Shown: positions 8,263-18,173 of the stretch, piece by piece
How the letters are laid out: each line of letters begins with the position of its first letter
How positions within the stretch are numbered: position 1 is the first letter of the stretch
From: Chthoniobacteraceae bacterium
GTDB taxonomy: Bacteria > Verrucomicrobiota > Verrucomicrobiia > Chthoniobacterales > Chthoniobacteraceae
Reading direction: 5' to 3'
Assembly (NCBI GenBank): GCA_037190965.1
Contig: JBBCKI010000001.1
Span: forward strand, 1-64,000
Length of the DNA: 64,000 nt
Program-made: the position numbers and the translations under genes
The notes under the pieces: generated by a model
What the model was told of the DNA's origin: nothing
Seen by the model: the letters and a program-made list of their open reading frames with translations, nothing else
Databases searched by the model: none

Positions 8263-9795
8263 TTAACCGGAATGCTCGGCATCTTGGAGAGCATAAATCC
8301 GCAGGCCCGGGTGAAGATAGAGAAGCTGCCCACGGTCTTTCTCCCATAAAAGTTCGCCCTGCTCGAACAACTCTTCATAGTGTTGCCGGCGTTGGCCGTG
8401 GCGCGATCCCGGGCGCTCTCTCTTTTTGAAGACGTTTCCCCAGGCATGCTCCGCAACCACAACGTGGGTGATCCCTTTCTCGCGCAATTTTTCGAACGGA
8501 CCTAGATCCACCACAAAACGCTTTGCTTTTACCGTTCGCTGGGGGATCGCCAGCAGATCGCTTTTTGATTTACTGAAGCCGACTACGGTGTCGTAGGCAA
8601 TGACCGCATTCGGGGGCAGGTTCTCCTGAATCCATCGCACCATGTCCACCCGGCTATCGCCTCCAAATTCCTGGCTGTACAAGCAGACGCCGGGAATCTG
8701 AAACCCGAGCGCCAGCAGAACTGCAAACACTGCGCCGCCACGGACTGCGAGCCGGTTCCATCCCTTCTTCCGGGCCATGTCGAGGAAATCGCGCCCCGCA
8801 AGCGCTGCCATGACGCACATCAGCATCAGCACCGGAAGGAGGTAGCGATCTTTTGCCAAGGGGGTGAAGTGAATTGCCGTCAGGTAAATAGCGACAAAAG
8901 AGAGAAGCGCCCAACCCATCGGGCTACGCCGCCTGGCACTCAGGCAGAATGCGGCAATGTAGCCGACCGCACCAAGCAGCAGTGATGGGGCGATCTTCCG
9001 GGGGATCTTTGCGAGATAGTTGGTCTGGACCACGGAGCCCTTTTCGGCCATCGCATCCATCTGACGGAACTCGCCTCCCGCCCCGCGAACCGCTTTCTTC
9101 GGGGCGACAAGGGCGCGGCTGTTGACCGCGGCAAAAATCGCGGCCCCCGCCAGGAGGAAGCACGTTCCACGCATGACCGCCGTCTTCCACCCTGTTTTAC
9201 GCGCGGAGACAATCAGGATGGCCACGAATGCCACCCCGAGGACCAGCAGGCCAATATATTTTGCGGAAACAGCAAGCCCCGCCATTGCCCCGACCAGCAC
9301 GGCAGCCCGGGTGGAGGGTTTATCAAGAAACCAGTCCAACGCCAGAAGCGTCCAGACCGTGCCGAAAAGCAACCCGCAATCCTCCTTCATGTAATGGGAG
9401 AGTTCGAAAAGCAGCGGGTGCAGCCCCGCCACGACGCCGACCAGGAAACCCGACTTCCATCCGGCGTGCCGCGCGGTCAAAAGAACCATTCCGGCAACCG
9501 CCAGCGTGGAACAGACGGCGGAATACCAGCGCCCCACTTCCACAAGCCGCTGAGGGGTCCATTCAACCCCGAGCAAACGCCCCGCGTATTCCGTCGAGAG
9601 GAGCATCAGTTGAGGGTGATGAAAATCCCGCGTCCCCTTGACGAGTTGCGCAACCTTCCCCGGTTCATCCGTATGGTAGAAATACGGAAACTGGTTGCTC
9701 ATCGTGTAGAGGAACAAAAGAATGAAGCTGAGAGCGAGCAGCCCCGCACCGCGCCAATATTCCGGCGGCATGAGACTACGAAACCGAAGAATCAT
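8263..9795 (-). CDS. GT-C fold membrane glycosyltransferase (ArnT/PMT_2-like)
   Basis: Multiple TM segments; YHTDE motif after TM1, HPQL, SHYMKED, AVSAKY, DRYLLP. Confidence 0.82.
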   Translation of the reverse strand: MILRFRSLMPPEYWRGAGLLALSFILLFLYTMSNQFPYFYHTDEPGKVAQLVKGTRDFHHPQLMLLSTEYAGRLLGVEWTPQRLVEVGRWYSAVCSTLAVAGMVLLTARHAGWKSGFLVGVVAGLHPLLFELSHYMKEDCGLLFGTVWTLLALDWFLDKPSTRAAVLVGAMAGLAVSAKYIGLLVLGVAFVAILIVSARKTGWKTAVMRGTCFLLAGAAIFAAVNSRALVAPKKAVRGAGGEFRQMDAMAEKGSVVQTNYLAKIPRKIAPSLLLGAVGYIAAFCLSARRRSPMGWALLSFVAIYLTAIHFTPLAKDRYLLPVLMLMCVMAALAGRDFLDMARKKGWNRLAVRGGAVFAVLLALGFQIPGVCLYSQEFGGDSRVDMVRWIQENLPPNAVIAYDTVVGFSKSKSDLLAIPQRTVKAKRFVVDLGPFEKLREKGITHVVVAEHAWGNVFKKRERPGSRHGQRRQHYEELFEQGELLWEKDRGQLLYLHPGLRIYALQDAEHSG

Positions 9796-9910
9796 GGGAC
9801 TCTCATAAACAATTACGGTTTTTTGAGGCCAGACCAAAACGTTCCGCTCCCCAGCCGGAAGCCAAAAAGCATTCGCCACGGCCCGAATCCGGGCTACCAT
9901 CCAGCACCCG

Positions 9911-11305
9911 ATGAATCTGGCCAAGCAAATCCGCAAGCAGCCTCAATGGCTCATCATTGCCGAGGCACTTTTCCTCGTTCTCATCGTGGGGAGCGTGGAC
10001 ATCTTCACGCCGTACGACATGAGCCTCTTCGTGCTCTACTCCGGACCGATTCTCTTCGTAGTCTGGTTTTCCACGCGGCGCGCGGCCGTCTTCATCTGCA
10101 TGATCTGCACGGCCGCCTGGATCATCTCGGAGATTTCGGCGGGCCATCCCGACAAACGCATGGCCATCGTGATCTGGAACACGACGCTCCAGCTCGGCTC
10201 CTTCTTCTTTACGATGGTCTGCGGCTCGGCGCTCAAGTTCCAGCTCGACCAAACGGAGGCGCAGGTCGCCGAACTGAAACCCTTCCACATTCTCGCGGAG
10301 ATTTCGCCCGTCGGCATTTTCCGGACCGGACCGGAGGGGGACTCCGTCTACGTCAACCATCGTTGGTGCAATCTCACGGGGCTCAGCCAGCGGCAGGCGC
10401 TACGGCGAAAATGGATCGACGCGCTTCACCCCGATGACAGCGAACGCGTCGCGGCGGAATGGGGAGCCGCCCAGCGGGAGAACCGCACGCTCCAGTTCCA
10501 GGCCCGCTTTCACGGTCCAAAGGGTGAACCGGTCTGGGCTCTTGGCCATGTCGCGCCGGAGTTGGAGGGCAACGGCGAGATCAGGGGGTACGTGGGCGCG
10601 ATCGCCGACATGACCCAACTCCGGCAATTGGAACAGCAGGTCCTGGAGATCAGCGAACGCGAGCAGCGCCGGATCGGGCAGGATCTTCACGACGATCTCT
10701 GCCAGTTTCTCGCCGCGATCCAGTATGCCTCCTCCTCCCTGAGGGCGGACCTGCAACGCAAGGCGCTTCCGGAGGCGGAAGAAGCGCGGGATCTTGCAAA
10801 CTATTTGAAGGAAGCGATCGTCCGCACGCGCAACCTCGCGCGGCGCATCTTTCCCGTGCAACTGGAGCAAGCCGGGTTGATCTCGGCTCTGCACGAGCTT
10901 TCGGCGGCGACCAGCCGGCTTTTCGGCATCGCCTGTTCCTTCGAATACGACCCGCCGCTCTCCATCAACGACGACACGGCGGCAACCCACCTTTACCGGA
11001 TCGCGCAGGAAGCCTTGAACAACGCCATCCGCCACGGCAACGCCCGGAATGTCGCCATTTATCTGGCCAGCAATGAGGAAATTGTCACGCTGACGGTGAC
11101 CGACGACGGCTCGGGGATCCCTCAGCCCCTTCGCCACGACCACGATGGAATGGGGCTGCGTATCATGGAATATCGCTCGCACATGATCGGCGGCACTCTC
11201 AAGATTGCGCGGGGAAAAGAAGGCGGAACCGTCGTGAGCTGCTCATTCCGCCGGGGTCGCTCGACGCCCTTCACACCTACCTCCCAGGAGCTGGCTTCCC
11301 TATGA
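9911..11305 (+). CDS. PAS-domain sensor histidine kinase (HisKA_3, NarX/UhpB type)
   Basis: N-terminal TMs; PAS (YVNHRW..LTG, LHPDD); EQRRIGQDLHDDLCQ, LYRIAQEALNNAIRH, DDGSG, GMGL. Confidence 0.93.
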   Translation: MNLAKQIRKQPQWLIIAEALFLVLIVGSVDIFTPYDMSLFVLYSGPILFVVWFSTRRAAVFICMICTAAWIISEISAGHPDKRMAIVIWNTTLQLGSFFFTMVCGSALKFQLDQTEAQVAELKPFHILAEISPVGIFRTGPEGDSVYVNHRWCNLTGLSQRQALRRKWIDALHPDDSERVAAEWGAAQRENRTLQFQARFHGPKGEPVWALGHVAPELEGNGEIRGYVGAIADMTQLRQLEQQVLEISEREQRRIGQDLHDDLCQFLAAIQYASSSLRADLQRKALPEAEEARDLANYLKEAIVRTRNLARRIFPVQLEQAGLISALHELSAATSRLFGIACSFEYDPPLSINDDTAATHLYRIAQEALNNAIRHGNARNVAIYLASNEEIVTLTVTDDGSGIPQPLRHDHDGMGLRIMEYRSHMIGGTLKIARGKEGGTVVSCSFRRGRSTPFTPTSQELASL

Positions 11306-11961
11306 CCGACCCTCTTCCAAAAACCCGCGTTGTCATTGTGGACGATCACCCGATGTTGCGTGAACGCATCGCCCAACTGATCGGCAAGGAGCCCGACATG
11401 ACGGTTTGCGGTGAGGCCGACAACATCCAGCAGGCGCTCGAGTGCATCCGCGATTCACAGCCCGACATTGCCGTGGTCGATATCACGCTGAAGGGCTCCA
11501 GCGGGCTCGAACTCATCAAGAACCTCAAGGCGCATGGCATCAATACCCCGGTGCTGGTTCTTTCAATGCACGACGAATCGCTCTACGCCGACCGGGCGCT
11601 GCGTTCCGGCGCGCGCGGTTACATCACCAAGCACGAGGGGTCCGAGGCGGTCATGGCCGCGATCCGCTGCGTGCTGAGCGGCAAAGTCTACCTGAGCGAG
11701 GATCACACCGCCAAGATCCTCAACCGCCTGACAGAGAAAGGAGCGCGGTCGGCGACGCCCTCCATGGATCTGCTGACCGACCGCGAACTGGAGGTCTTCC
11801 AGATGATCGGCCTGGGGCGCACCTCCCGCGAGATTGCCGAAACCCTGCACCTCGGCACCAAAACCGTCGATACCTACCGGGAGCGGATCAAGCAGAAGCT
11901 CCACCTGAAAAATGCCGCCGAGCTCTATCATCGCGCGACGGAGTGGATCCAAGGAATTTGA
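11302..11961 (+). CDS. NarL/LuxR family response regulator
   Basis: IVDDHP, VVDITL, VLSMH, GYITK; LTDRELEVF HTH. ATGA overlap with the kinase. Confidence 0.95.
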   Translation: MTDPLPKTRVVIVDDHPMLRERIAQLIGKEPDMTVCGEADNIQQALECIRDSQPDIAVVDITLKGSSGLELIKNLKAHGINTPVLVLSMHDESLYADRALRSGARGYITKHEGSEAVMAAIRCVLSGKVYLSEDHTAKILNRLTEKGARSATPSMDLLTDRELEVFQMIGLGRTSREIAETLHLGTKTVDTYRERIKQKLHLKNAAELYHRATEWIQGI

Positions 11962-12010
11962 TATATTCACAAGACAAATAATCGAGTGATATTGTCGTGA
12001 CATTTTGGCT

Positions 12011-12035
12011 GATTTGTTTGAATTCAATACAAATC
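12011..12035. promoter_or_regulatory. Candidate operator (AT-rich near-palindrome) just upstream of the DegT gene
   Basis: gatttgt-ttgaattcaa-t-acaaatc; palindromic apart from one bulged base. Confidence 0.45.
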
Positions 12036-12038
12036 ACC

Positions 12039-13352
12039 ATGAGCACTCTCGCCACCCTCAACTCCGAACAAAGCACCCTAGCCCTGTGCGGCGGCCCAAA
12101 AGCCGTGCCGGAATCCGATCCCTCCCTCTTCCACTGGCCCATCGTGACGGAGGAAGACGAACGCGCCGTCATTGAGGTTCTACGCGCCGGGAGTATGTCC
12201 CAGATTGGGCTCACCCGGGATTTCGAGCGCGAGTGGGGGCAATACCAAGGCACTGAATTCAATCTCGCGCATTGCAATGGGACGGCGGCTCTCCTCTCGG
12301 CGATGTTCGGTGTCGGCCTCGGGCGCGGCGATGAAATGATTGTCCCCAGCATCACCTACTGGGCTTCGGCGTTGCAATGCCAGTTACTGGGCGCCACGCC
12401 GGTTTTCGCGGATATTGACCCCGTCACGCTCTGCATCGATCCCGCCGACATCGCCCGGAAGATTACCCCGCGCACCCGGGCGATCATGGTCGTCCACTAC
12501 TGCGGACACCCCTGCGACATGGACGCGATCATGCCACTGGCACGAAAGCATGGGCTCAAGGTGATCGAGGATGTCTCTCACGCCCACGGCTCGCTTTACA
12601 AGGGGCGAATGTGCGGCTCGATGGGGGACGTCTCCGCCATGTCGATGATGGCCGCGAAAAGCTTTGCCGTGGGCGAAGGTGGAATGCTTTGCACCAACGA
12701 TCGCGAAATTCATGAGCGAGCCATCGCTTTCTGCCATTACGAGAGGGCGGCTTCGGATCTCACCCTTGAGCCGCTCAGGAGCCTTTGCGTGATGAAGAGC
12801 GGCTCCGTCCTGCCGTTCGGAGGACTCAAAGGCCGGATCAATCAAACCTGCTCGGCCATGGGACGCGTCCAGCTCAAGCATTATCCGGCGCGGATCGCGG
12901 CCATCCAGGCAGCGATCAATCGCTTCTGGGATCTCCTTGGGGGCGTACCGGGCCTTGCGCCCCACCGTCCCGCGCGGGAGAGCGGTTCAACGATGGGCGG
13001 CTGGTACAACCCCGTCGGGCATTACCGGCCGGAGGAACTTGGCGGACTGCCTGTTGCCAAATTTGTGGAGGCAGTGAATGCCGAAAACGGATGCTCGGGC
13101 CGGGCGGTCAATCACCCGCTGCATCTCCATCCCGTTTTCAACAGCATGGATCTCTTCCGGGACGGCAGCCCGACCCGTATCGCCTTTGCCGACCGGGATC
13201 TTCGCGAACCGGAAGGTTCCCTGCCGGTATCCGAAGGAATCGGGGAGCGGTCCATCGGCATTCCGTGGTTCAAGCACGACCGGCCGGAACAGATCGAGCA
13301 ATACGCCGCGGCCTGGCGCAAGGTGGCCGAAAGCGCTCACAAGCTCGTGTGA
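12039..13352 (+). CDS. DegT/DnrJ/EryC1/StrS family PLP aminotransferase
   Basis: NGTAAL, GDEMIVP, PVFADIDP, VHYCGHPCDMD, IEDVSHAHG, PLP lysine in AAKSF..GEGG. Confidence 0.92.
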   Translation: MSTLATLNSEQSTLALCGGPKAVPESDPSLFHWPIVTEEDERAVIEVLRAGSMSQIGLTRDFEREWGQYQGTEFNLAHCNGTAALLSAMFGVGLGRGDEMIVPSITYWASALQCQLLGATPVFADIDPVTLCIDPADIARKITPRTRAIMVVHYCGHPCDMDAIMPLARKHGLKVIEDVSHAHGSLYKGRMCGSMGDVSAMSMMAAKSFAVGEGGMLCTNDREIHERAIAFCHYERAASDLTLEPLRSLCVMKSGSVLPFGGLKGRINQTCSAMGRVQLKHYPARIAAIQAAINRFWDLLGGVPGLAPHRPARESGSTMGGWYNPVGHYRPEELGGLPVAKFVEAVNAENGCSGRAVNHPLHLHPVFNSMDLFRDGSPTRIAFADRDLREPEGSLPVSEGIGERSIGIPWFKHDRPEQIEQYAAAWRKVAESAHKLV

Positions 13353-13405
13353 TCCTAAAAGCGGCGTAAGATGTGAGCTGGGATGACATCACATCCAAAA
13401 TAAAG

Positions 13406-13568
13406 AATGGTGCGGCAGCACCGGTAGCCCGCTCGCGCCGTAGAGCGCGGGCATCGGCTCCCGTGGCTTCATGAGGGTTTTCATCCCGATACAGCAGCCT
13501 CTCCTGCGGGGATCGGCTTCAAACGCGGCTCTTCATCGATCCCGCGCTCGCGGCGCGAGCGTGCTACC
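13406..13568 (+). repeat. REPIN family 1 (GTAG-type REP doublet), copy 1
   Basis: ggtgcggcagcacc-GGTAGCCCGCTCGCGCCG..GAGCGCGGG, spacer, then inverted REP ending CTACC. Confidence 0.9.
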
Positions 13569-14766
13569 TTGCCGACACGGGGCATGATTCCCTCCCAATC
13601 ATCGGGCTCGGCACATAGCGCCCGGGGAGCGAGGTCTGCCCGGTGCGGATCATTTCCAGCAACAAGGCGGCGGCCTCTCTTCCCATCTCCTGCATCGGCT
13701 GGGCGAGGACCGTCAAGGGAGGGGTGGTGTGTTCAGCCAGTGGCAGGCCCGTGGCGCCAACGACTGCCACCTCTTCGGGAACGGAGAGACCGAGCCCCTG
13801 ACAGATCCGCAAAACATTGGCGGCGAGGATGTCGCCAATGCAGAAGACCGCGCGCGGGCGACTCGGAGCCGTCAACTGCCGAGTGATGGCCTCCCGATCC
13901 TCTTCGCTCGGAATGAGGCTCTTCACCGGGCAATAGCTGATTTTGGCGGTTGATCTCCCATCTCCCGCATACCCTTGCGTGAACCCGAAGAACTTGTCGG
14001 CGTTTGAGGCGGCATTTTCCAGCTTTAACCCGACGACAAGGACCGGTTCGTAGCCGGACCTGGCAAAGAGTTTCCCGACTTCAACTCCCCCGGTAAAGTT
14101 GTCGGCCGTCACAAAATTCTGCGTCTGGTTGCGATTTGCCCGATTAATGGTCACCCAGGGGATGGATCGCCTCTCGATTTCCAAAAGCACCGGCTCGGCG
14201 GCTGGACTGCCTGGACACACCAATCCCGCCAGACGCCCCTTGAGTTCGTCGATTCTCGAAAAAAGCCTTACATCCGGGTTCTCTCCGCCGACGGGAAGAA
14301 CGGTCAGATGGAAACCGGCATCGGAGAGACTGGCTTCCATACTCTGCACGATCCTCCACCACCAGTCATTCTTCTCCGAGGGGCCGGGCGCACTCTCGGT
14401 CGCGCCGATCACCCCAATCTCCGTCGCGTTGACCGGGAACGGCCCTCTCGCCGCTCCTCGTGCACCGGATGCGCGAACTCCCTGGGGCAGCCTGCACACA
14501 AACGAGCCGCGCCCACGCGTCCGCTCGATCAAGCCCTCGGCCCTCAGTTCTTCCAACGCCTTCCGGGCGGTGATCCTGCTCACCCCATAGGTGTCGCACA
14601 AGCCATGCTCCGTGGGCACCTGGCCTCCCAGCGGCAGTTCGCCGCTCAGCATCATCTCCTCCAGTTTCCGCTTGATCTGGTGATACTTGGGCGTCGGATC
14701 GAGTCTGCGGCGGCTCGCCTGTTCCGACAGCAGGGAGGAATGTGATGGTTGGATTGAGGTGGTCAA
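13564..14766 (-). CDS. GntR-HTH / LacI-type sensor transcription regulator (AraR-like)
   Basis: PKYHQIK..L, VPTEHGLC..YGVSRITARKAL, RGRGSFV; C-terminal ADNFTGG, VPEEVAVVG, PLTVLAQP. Start taken as TTG at 14766. Confidence 0.88.
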   Translation of the reverse strand: MTTSIQPSHSSLLSEQASRRRLDPTPKYHQIKRKLEEMMLSGELPLGGQVPTEHGLCDTYGVSRITARKALEELRAEGLIERTRGRGSFVCRLPQGVRASGARGAARGPFPVNATEIGVIGATESAPGPSEKNDWWWRIVQSMEASLSDAGFHLTVLPVGGENPDVRLFSRIDELKGRLAGLVCPGSPAAEPVLLEIERRSIPWVTINRANRNQTQNFVTADNFTGGVEVGKLFARSGYEPVLVVGLKLENAASNADKFFGFTQGYAGDGRSTAKISYCPVKSLIPSEEDREAITRQLTAPSRPRAVFCIGDILAANVLRICQGLGLSVPEEVAVVGATGLPLAEHTTPPLTVLAQPMQEMGREAAALLLEMIRTGQTSLPGRYVPSPMIGRESCPVSAR

Positions 14767-14771
14767 AGGTC

Positions 14772-14787
14772 TTTGTTCTATAACAAA
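14772..14787. promoter_or_regulatory. Candidate GntR/HutC-type operator (autoregulatory)
   Basis: TTTGTT-CTAT-AACAAA inverted repeat 5 bp from the regulator start, in a divergent intergenic region. Confidence 0.5.
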
Positions 14788-14986
14788 TCCCCCGAAAGAG
14801 AGCAACCCCTGCCAAAGGAACACCCGTCTGCAACCCTCTTTTGGGAAACGGTAAGAATTTCTCTTACAACACAAACCACCTTTCTCACAGGCAGTTCGAC
14901 TTGGCCAACAAGCGGCCGCTGAGGCATTGAATGCTGCGCTTTTAATCGCGCCGCCCTTTTTAACCGGGAGCGCCTGCATTCGATTT

Positions 14987-15973
14987 ATGACGAAACTCCT
15001 TTTGCTTGGTATTGGCCGCTGGGGTGCGAACCACCTTCGCATCCTTCAATCTCTGCCCATTGAACTCTATGTGGCCGACCTGGACGAGAAACGCCTGGAA
15101 GCCTCCGGCGTTCCCGCGAGCCATCGCACCACCGACCCGCGCACCTTCTTTCCGGTGATCGACGGCGCGGTCGTCGTCACCCCGGCGCAGGCGCATTTCG
15201 ACACCTGCCGCGAATTGCTCGAACTCGGCAAGGATGTCTTCGTCGAAAAACCGATCACCATTGTCTCCTCGGAAGCTCGCGCGCTGGCGGAACTCGCCGC
15301 GGAGCGGAAACGGATCCTTCAGGTCGGTCACATCTTCCGCTTCGACCCCGCCTCGCTCTGGCTTCAGAAAGCGATCGCGGAAGGGAAGTTCGGGCGGCTC
15401 AAAATGCTGCGCGGCAACTTCAGCGGCTTCAAACGTCCCCGCACCGATACCGGCGTCACCTTTGCCGACAGCATCCACTTCATCGATCTCTTCAACTTCT
15501 TCCTCGGTGAAGCGCCCCGCCGCGTGCATGCCGTGCTCAATGACTTCATGGGCCGCGGGATGGATGACCAGTCCTTCATTTCGCTGGAGTACAGCAACGG
15601 AACCGGCAAGCCGATCTGGGCAACCGTGGAATCGGGCTATCACGCCCCCGGGAAATTTCGCGAAGTGGTCGTCATCGGCGAAGATCTCACCGCCGTGTGC
15701 GACTACAACGTGGCCCAGTACAAAATCGAGACCTTCGAAAACCGGCACATCCCCTCGGGAGGCGTGGAGGTCAAGGCAATCAACGGCGCGGTCAATCAAC
15801 TCGAGTTCTCGCCCGAGGAACCGCTCCGCGCGGAACTGTCCGCGTTTGTCGATTCCATCACATCCCGCAGATCACCATTGGCCGACGGCTGGGCGGGCTA
15901 CGAATCCGTGCGCGTGATCGAAGCCGCCCTGCAATCCGCCGCCTGCGGCGCCTGGACCGAACTCAAAGACTAG
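14987..15973 (+). CDS. Gfo/Idh/MocA family oxidoreductase (WbpB/GnnA-like)
   Basis: LLGIGRWG..H, VVTP...H, DVFVEKP, VGHIFRF, DSIHFID. Confidence 0.9.
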   Translation: MTKLLLLGIGRWGANHLRILQSLPIELYVADLDEKRLEASGVPASHRTTDPRTFFPVIDGAVVVTPAQAHFDTCRELLELGKDVFVEKPITIVSSEARALAELAAERKRILQVGHIFRFDPASLWLQKAIAEGKFGRLKMLRGNFSGFKRPRTDTGVTFADSIHFIDLFNFFLGEAPRRVHAVLNDFMGRGMDDQSFISLEYSNGTGKPIWATVESGYHAPGKFREVVVIGEDLTAVCDYNVAQYKIETFENRHIPSGGVEVKAINGAVNQLEFSPEEPLRAELSAFVDSITSRRSPLADGWAGYESVRVIEAALQSAACGAWTELKD

Positions 15974-15989
15974 CACCCCCCCTTTCTCC

Positions 15990-17078
15990 ATGAAAAAAAT
16001 CCCTCTTTCCAAAGTTTACCTCACCGACGAAATCCGCCAGGCCGCGATGCGCGCCATTGACTCCGGCTCGTACATCCTGACCAAGGAATGCGAAGCTTTC
16101 GAGACGGAGCTTGCCGCCCATACCGGCACCAAACACGCTGTGCTTTGCGCCAACTGGACCGCCGGGGTCATGATGTTGCATCAAGCGATGGGATTGAAGG
16201 TGGGGGACGAAATCCTCGTCCCCTCACACACCGCCTTCCCTTCCATCGAGCCGATGATCCATTGGGGCGCAAAGCCAATTTTCATCGACATCGACGACAC
16301 CTACTGCCTCGACACCGAGCAGTTGGAAGCCGCGATCACCCCGCGCACCGTCGGCATCCTGCCGGTGCACCTCTACGGGCATGCCGCCAACCTCGACCGC
16401 GTTTTTGAAATCGCCAAGAAGCACAACCTCTGGGTGATCGAAGACTGCGCGCAGGCGCAGGGCGCGCTCTGGAAGGGCAACCGGGTCGGCTCCAACGCCA
16501 TCGCGGGAGCGTTCTCGTTCTTCCCGTCCAAGAACCTCACCTGCCTCGGCGACGGCGGCTGCATCACCACCAACGACGATGCCATCGCGGAGAAAATCCG
16601 GATGCTCCGCAACCACGGCCGCAAGGACAAGTTCACCCACGAATTCGTCGGGTACAATCTCCGCTTCAACGAAATCCAAGCCGCCGCCGGGCGCATCGGC
16701 CTGCGGGAGCTCGACCGCCTCAACGCGCACCGCCGCGTGGTCGCCGCTCGCTACCGCGAGCGCCTCTCGGGAGTCGTTCAGACTCCGATTACAAAGCCGT
16801 ACGCCGAGCCGGTCTACCACATGTTCGTCATCCGCACCGACCGCCGCGACGAGCTCTCCAGGGCGCTCCAGAGCAAGGGGATCGCGACGGGCATCCACTA
16901 TCCGGTGGCCAACCACCAGCAGCCCGCGATCACGAGCCTCTACGACGATATCCCCACGCTTCCCCGCACGGAAAAGGCGGTGAACGAAATCCTGTCGCTG
17001 CCGATCTACGGAGAGCTTCCACTCGAAGACGTCGATTACGTTTGCGATTCCATCCTCGAGTTCTTCGGAAAAGCATGA
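15990..17078 (+). CDS. DegT family sugar aminotransferase (WbpE/GnnB-like)
   Basis: PVHLYG, IEDCAQAQG, FSFFPSKNL..LGDGG, RNHG, GYNLRFNEIQAA, GIHYP, LSLP. Confidence 0.93.
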   Translation: MKKIPLSKVYLTDEIRQAAMRAIDSGSYILTKECEAFETELAAHTGTKHAVLCANWTAGVMMLHQAMGLKVGDEILVPSHTAFPSIEPMIHWGAKPIFIDIDDTYCLDTEQLEAAITPRTVGILPVHLYGHAANLDRVFEIAKKHNLWVIEDCAQAQGALWKGNRVGSNAIAGAFSFFPSKNLTCLGDGGCITTNDDAIAEKIRMLRNHGRKDKFTHEFVGYNLRFNEIQAAAGRIGLRELDRLNAHRRVVAARYRERLSGVVQTPITKPYAEPVYHMFVIRTDRRDELSRALQSKGIATGIHYPVANHQQPAITSLYDDIPTLPRTEKAVNEILSLPIYGELPLEDVDYVCDSILEFFGKA

Positions 17079-17800
17079 ACCAGCCCGAGATCAGCCTCGT
17101 GATTCCCTGTCACAACGAAGAGGGGAATCTGAAACCGCTCGTGGAGGCCATCCACGAAGCGATGAAGCCGACCGGCGTCCCGTACGAAATCGTCGTTACC
17201 GACGATTGCAGCACGGACCGCTCCTGGGAGGTGCTGCGCGGCCTCGCGGAGCACGATCCGCTTTTGAGGATCCAGCGCCTTGCAACCAACTGCGGCGAAT
17301 CCGCCGCCAGTTGGGCGGGAATGCAGCTCTCACGCGGCAAATACATCGCCACGCTCGACGCTGATCTCCAGAATGACCCGAAAGATCTCCCGAAGTTCCT
17401 GGCCGCCCTCAATACCGCCGATTGCATCTGCGGCAGCCGCGTGGAAACGCGCGGCGAGGGCGACAACTTCATCCGCATCGCCTCTTCGCGCATCGCTAAC
17501 TGGGTGCGCAACAAGCTTTCGGGCGAGAACATCAGCGACGCGGGCTGCACCTATCGCGCCTTCAGGCGCGAGTGCATCGCCGACGTAAAGTTCTTCAAGG
17601 GCGGCCACCGATTCCTGCCGACGCTCATCAAGATGGAAGGATTCACCGTGGCGGAAATCTCCGTCAGCAACAATCCGCGCTTCTCCGGCTCAAGCCACTA
17701 CGGCGTCTGGAACCGGCTTTTCAAGTCATTCTACGACCTCTTGGCCGTTCGTTGGATGAAAACGCGAATTATCCGTTACCAAATCGCAGAAAAGAATTAA
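17075..17800 (+). CDS. GT2 polyprenyl-phosphate glycosyltransferase (ArnC/DPM1-like)
   Basis: SLVIPCHNEEGN, DDCSTDRS, TLDADLQNDP, D.GCT.RA.R, HRFLP. ATGA overlap. Confidence 0.92.
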   Translation: MNQPEISLVIPCHNEEGNLKPLVEAIHEAMKPTGVPYEIVVTDDCSTDRSWEVLRGLAEHDPLLRIQRLATNCGESAASWAGMQLSRGKYIATLDADLQNDPKDLPKFLAALNTADCICGSRVETRGEGDNFIRIASSRIANWVRNKLSGENISDAGCTYRAFRRECIADVKFFKGGHRFLPTLIKMEGFTVAEISVSNNPRFSGSSHYGVWNRLFKSFYDLLAVRWMKTRIIRYQIAEKN

Positions 17801-17810
17801 GGTTCTGCGG

Positions 17811-18173
17811 ATGAACGCAGATTTTCTCCTCGCAGTCACCATGATCGGGAAAGAACACCGATTCATGGGGCTGGATTTCAGCTACCTCGACATTATTGGC
17901 GGCATCGGTGCCATCGTTTTCTCCATGCGATTCCTCGTCCAGTGGATTGCCTCGGAAAAAGCGGGTGAAAGCGTCATACCCCGATCTTTTTGGCATTGGA
18001 GTATTGCGGGAACCTTCATCATGTTGTTCTACTTCGTTCTGAAGAGACAACCGATCGGGATCCTTTTATACCTGCCAAATACATGCGTTTACGTCCGAAA
18101 TCTGATGCTGATCAAAAAGAAGCAGCGTGTCATGACGGCTGCTGCTCCGTCGCAGACTCCAATAGAGCAGTAG
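17811..18173 (+). CDS. Lipid-A-disaccharide synthase N-terminal (LAB_N) domain membrane protein
   Basis: F..RFLVQWIASEKAGESVIP..FW..SIAG and YVRNL motifs. Confidence 0.88.
   Translation: MNADFLLAVTMIGKEHRFMGLDFSYLDIIGGIGAIVFSMRFLVQWIASEKAGESVIPRSFWHWSIAGTFIMLFYFVLKRQPIGILLYLPNTCVYVRNLMLIKKKQRVMTAAAPSQTPIEQ

Noticed and set aside
8169..8266. Weak inverted repeat with similarity to 43426-43447 (both just after stop codons)
   Set aside because: About 17/22 identity over a short stretch; too weak to call a repeat family from this window.
14767..15042. N-terminal extension of the GntR ORF in the ORF track
   Set aside because: Overlaps the divergent gene and promoter region; HTH homology begins well downstream.
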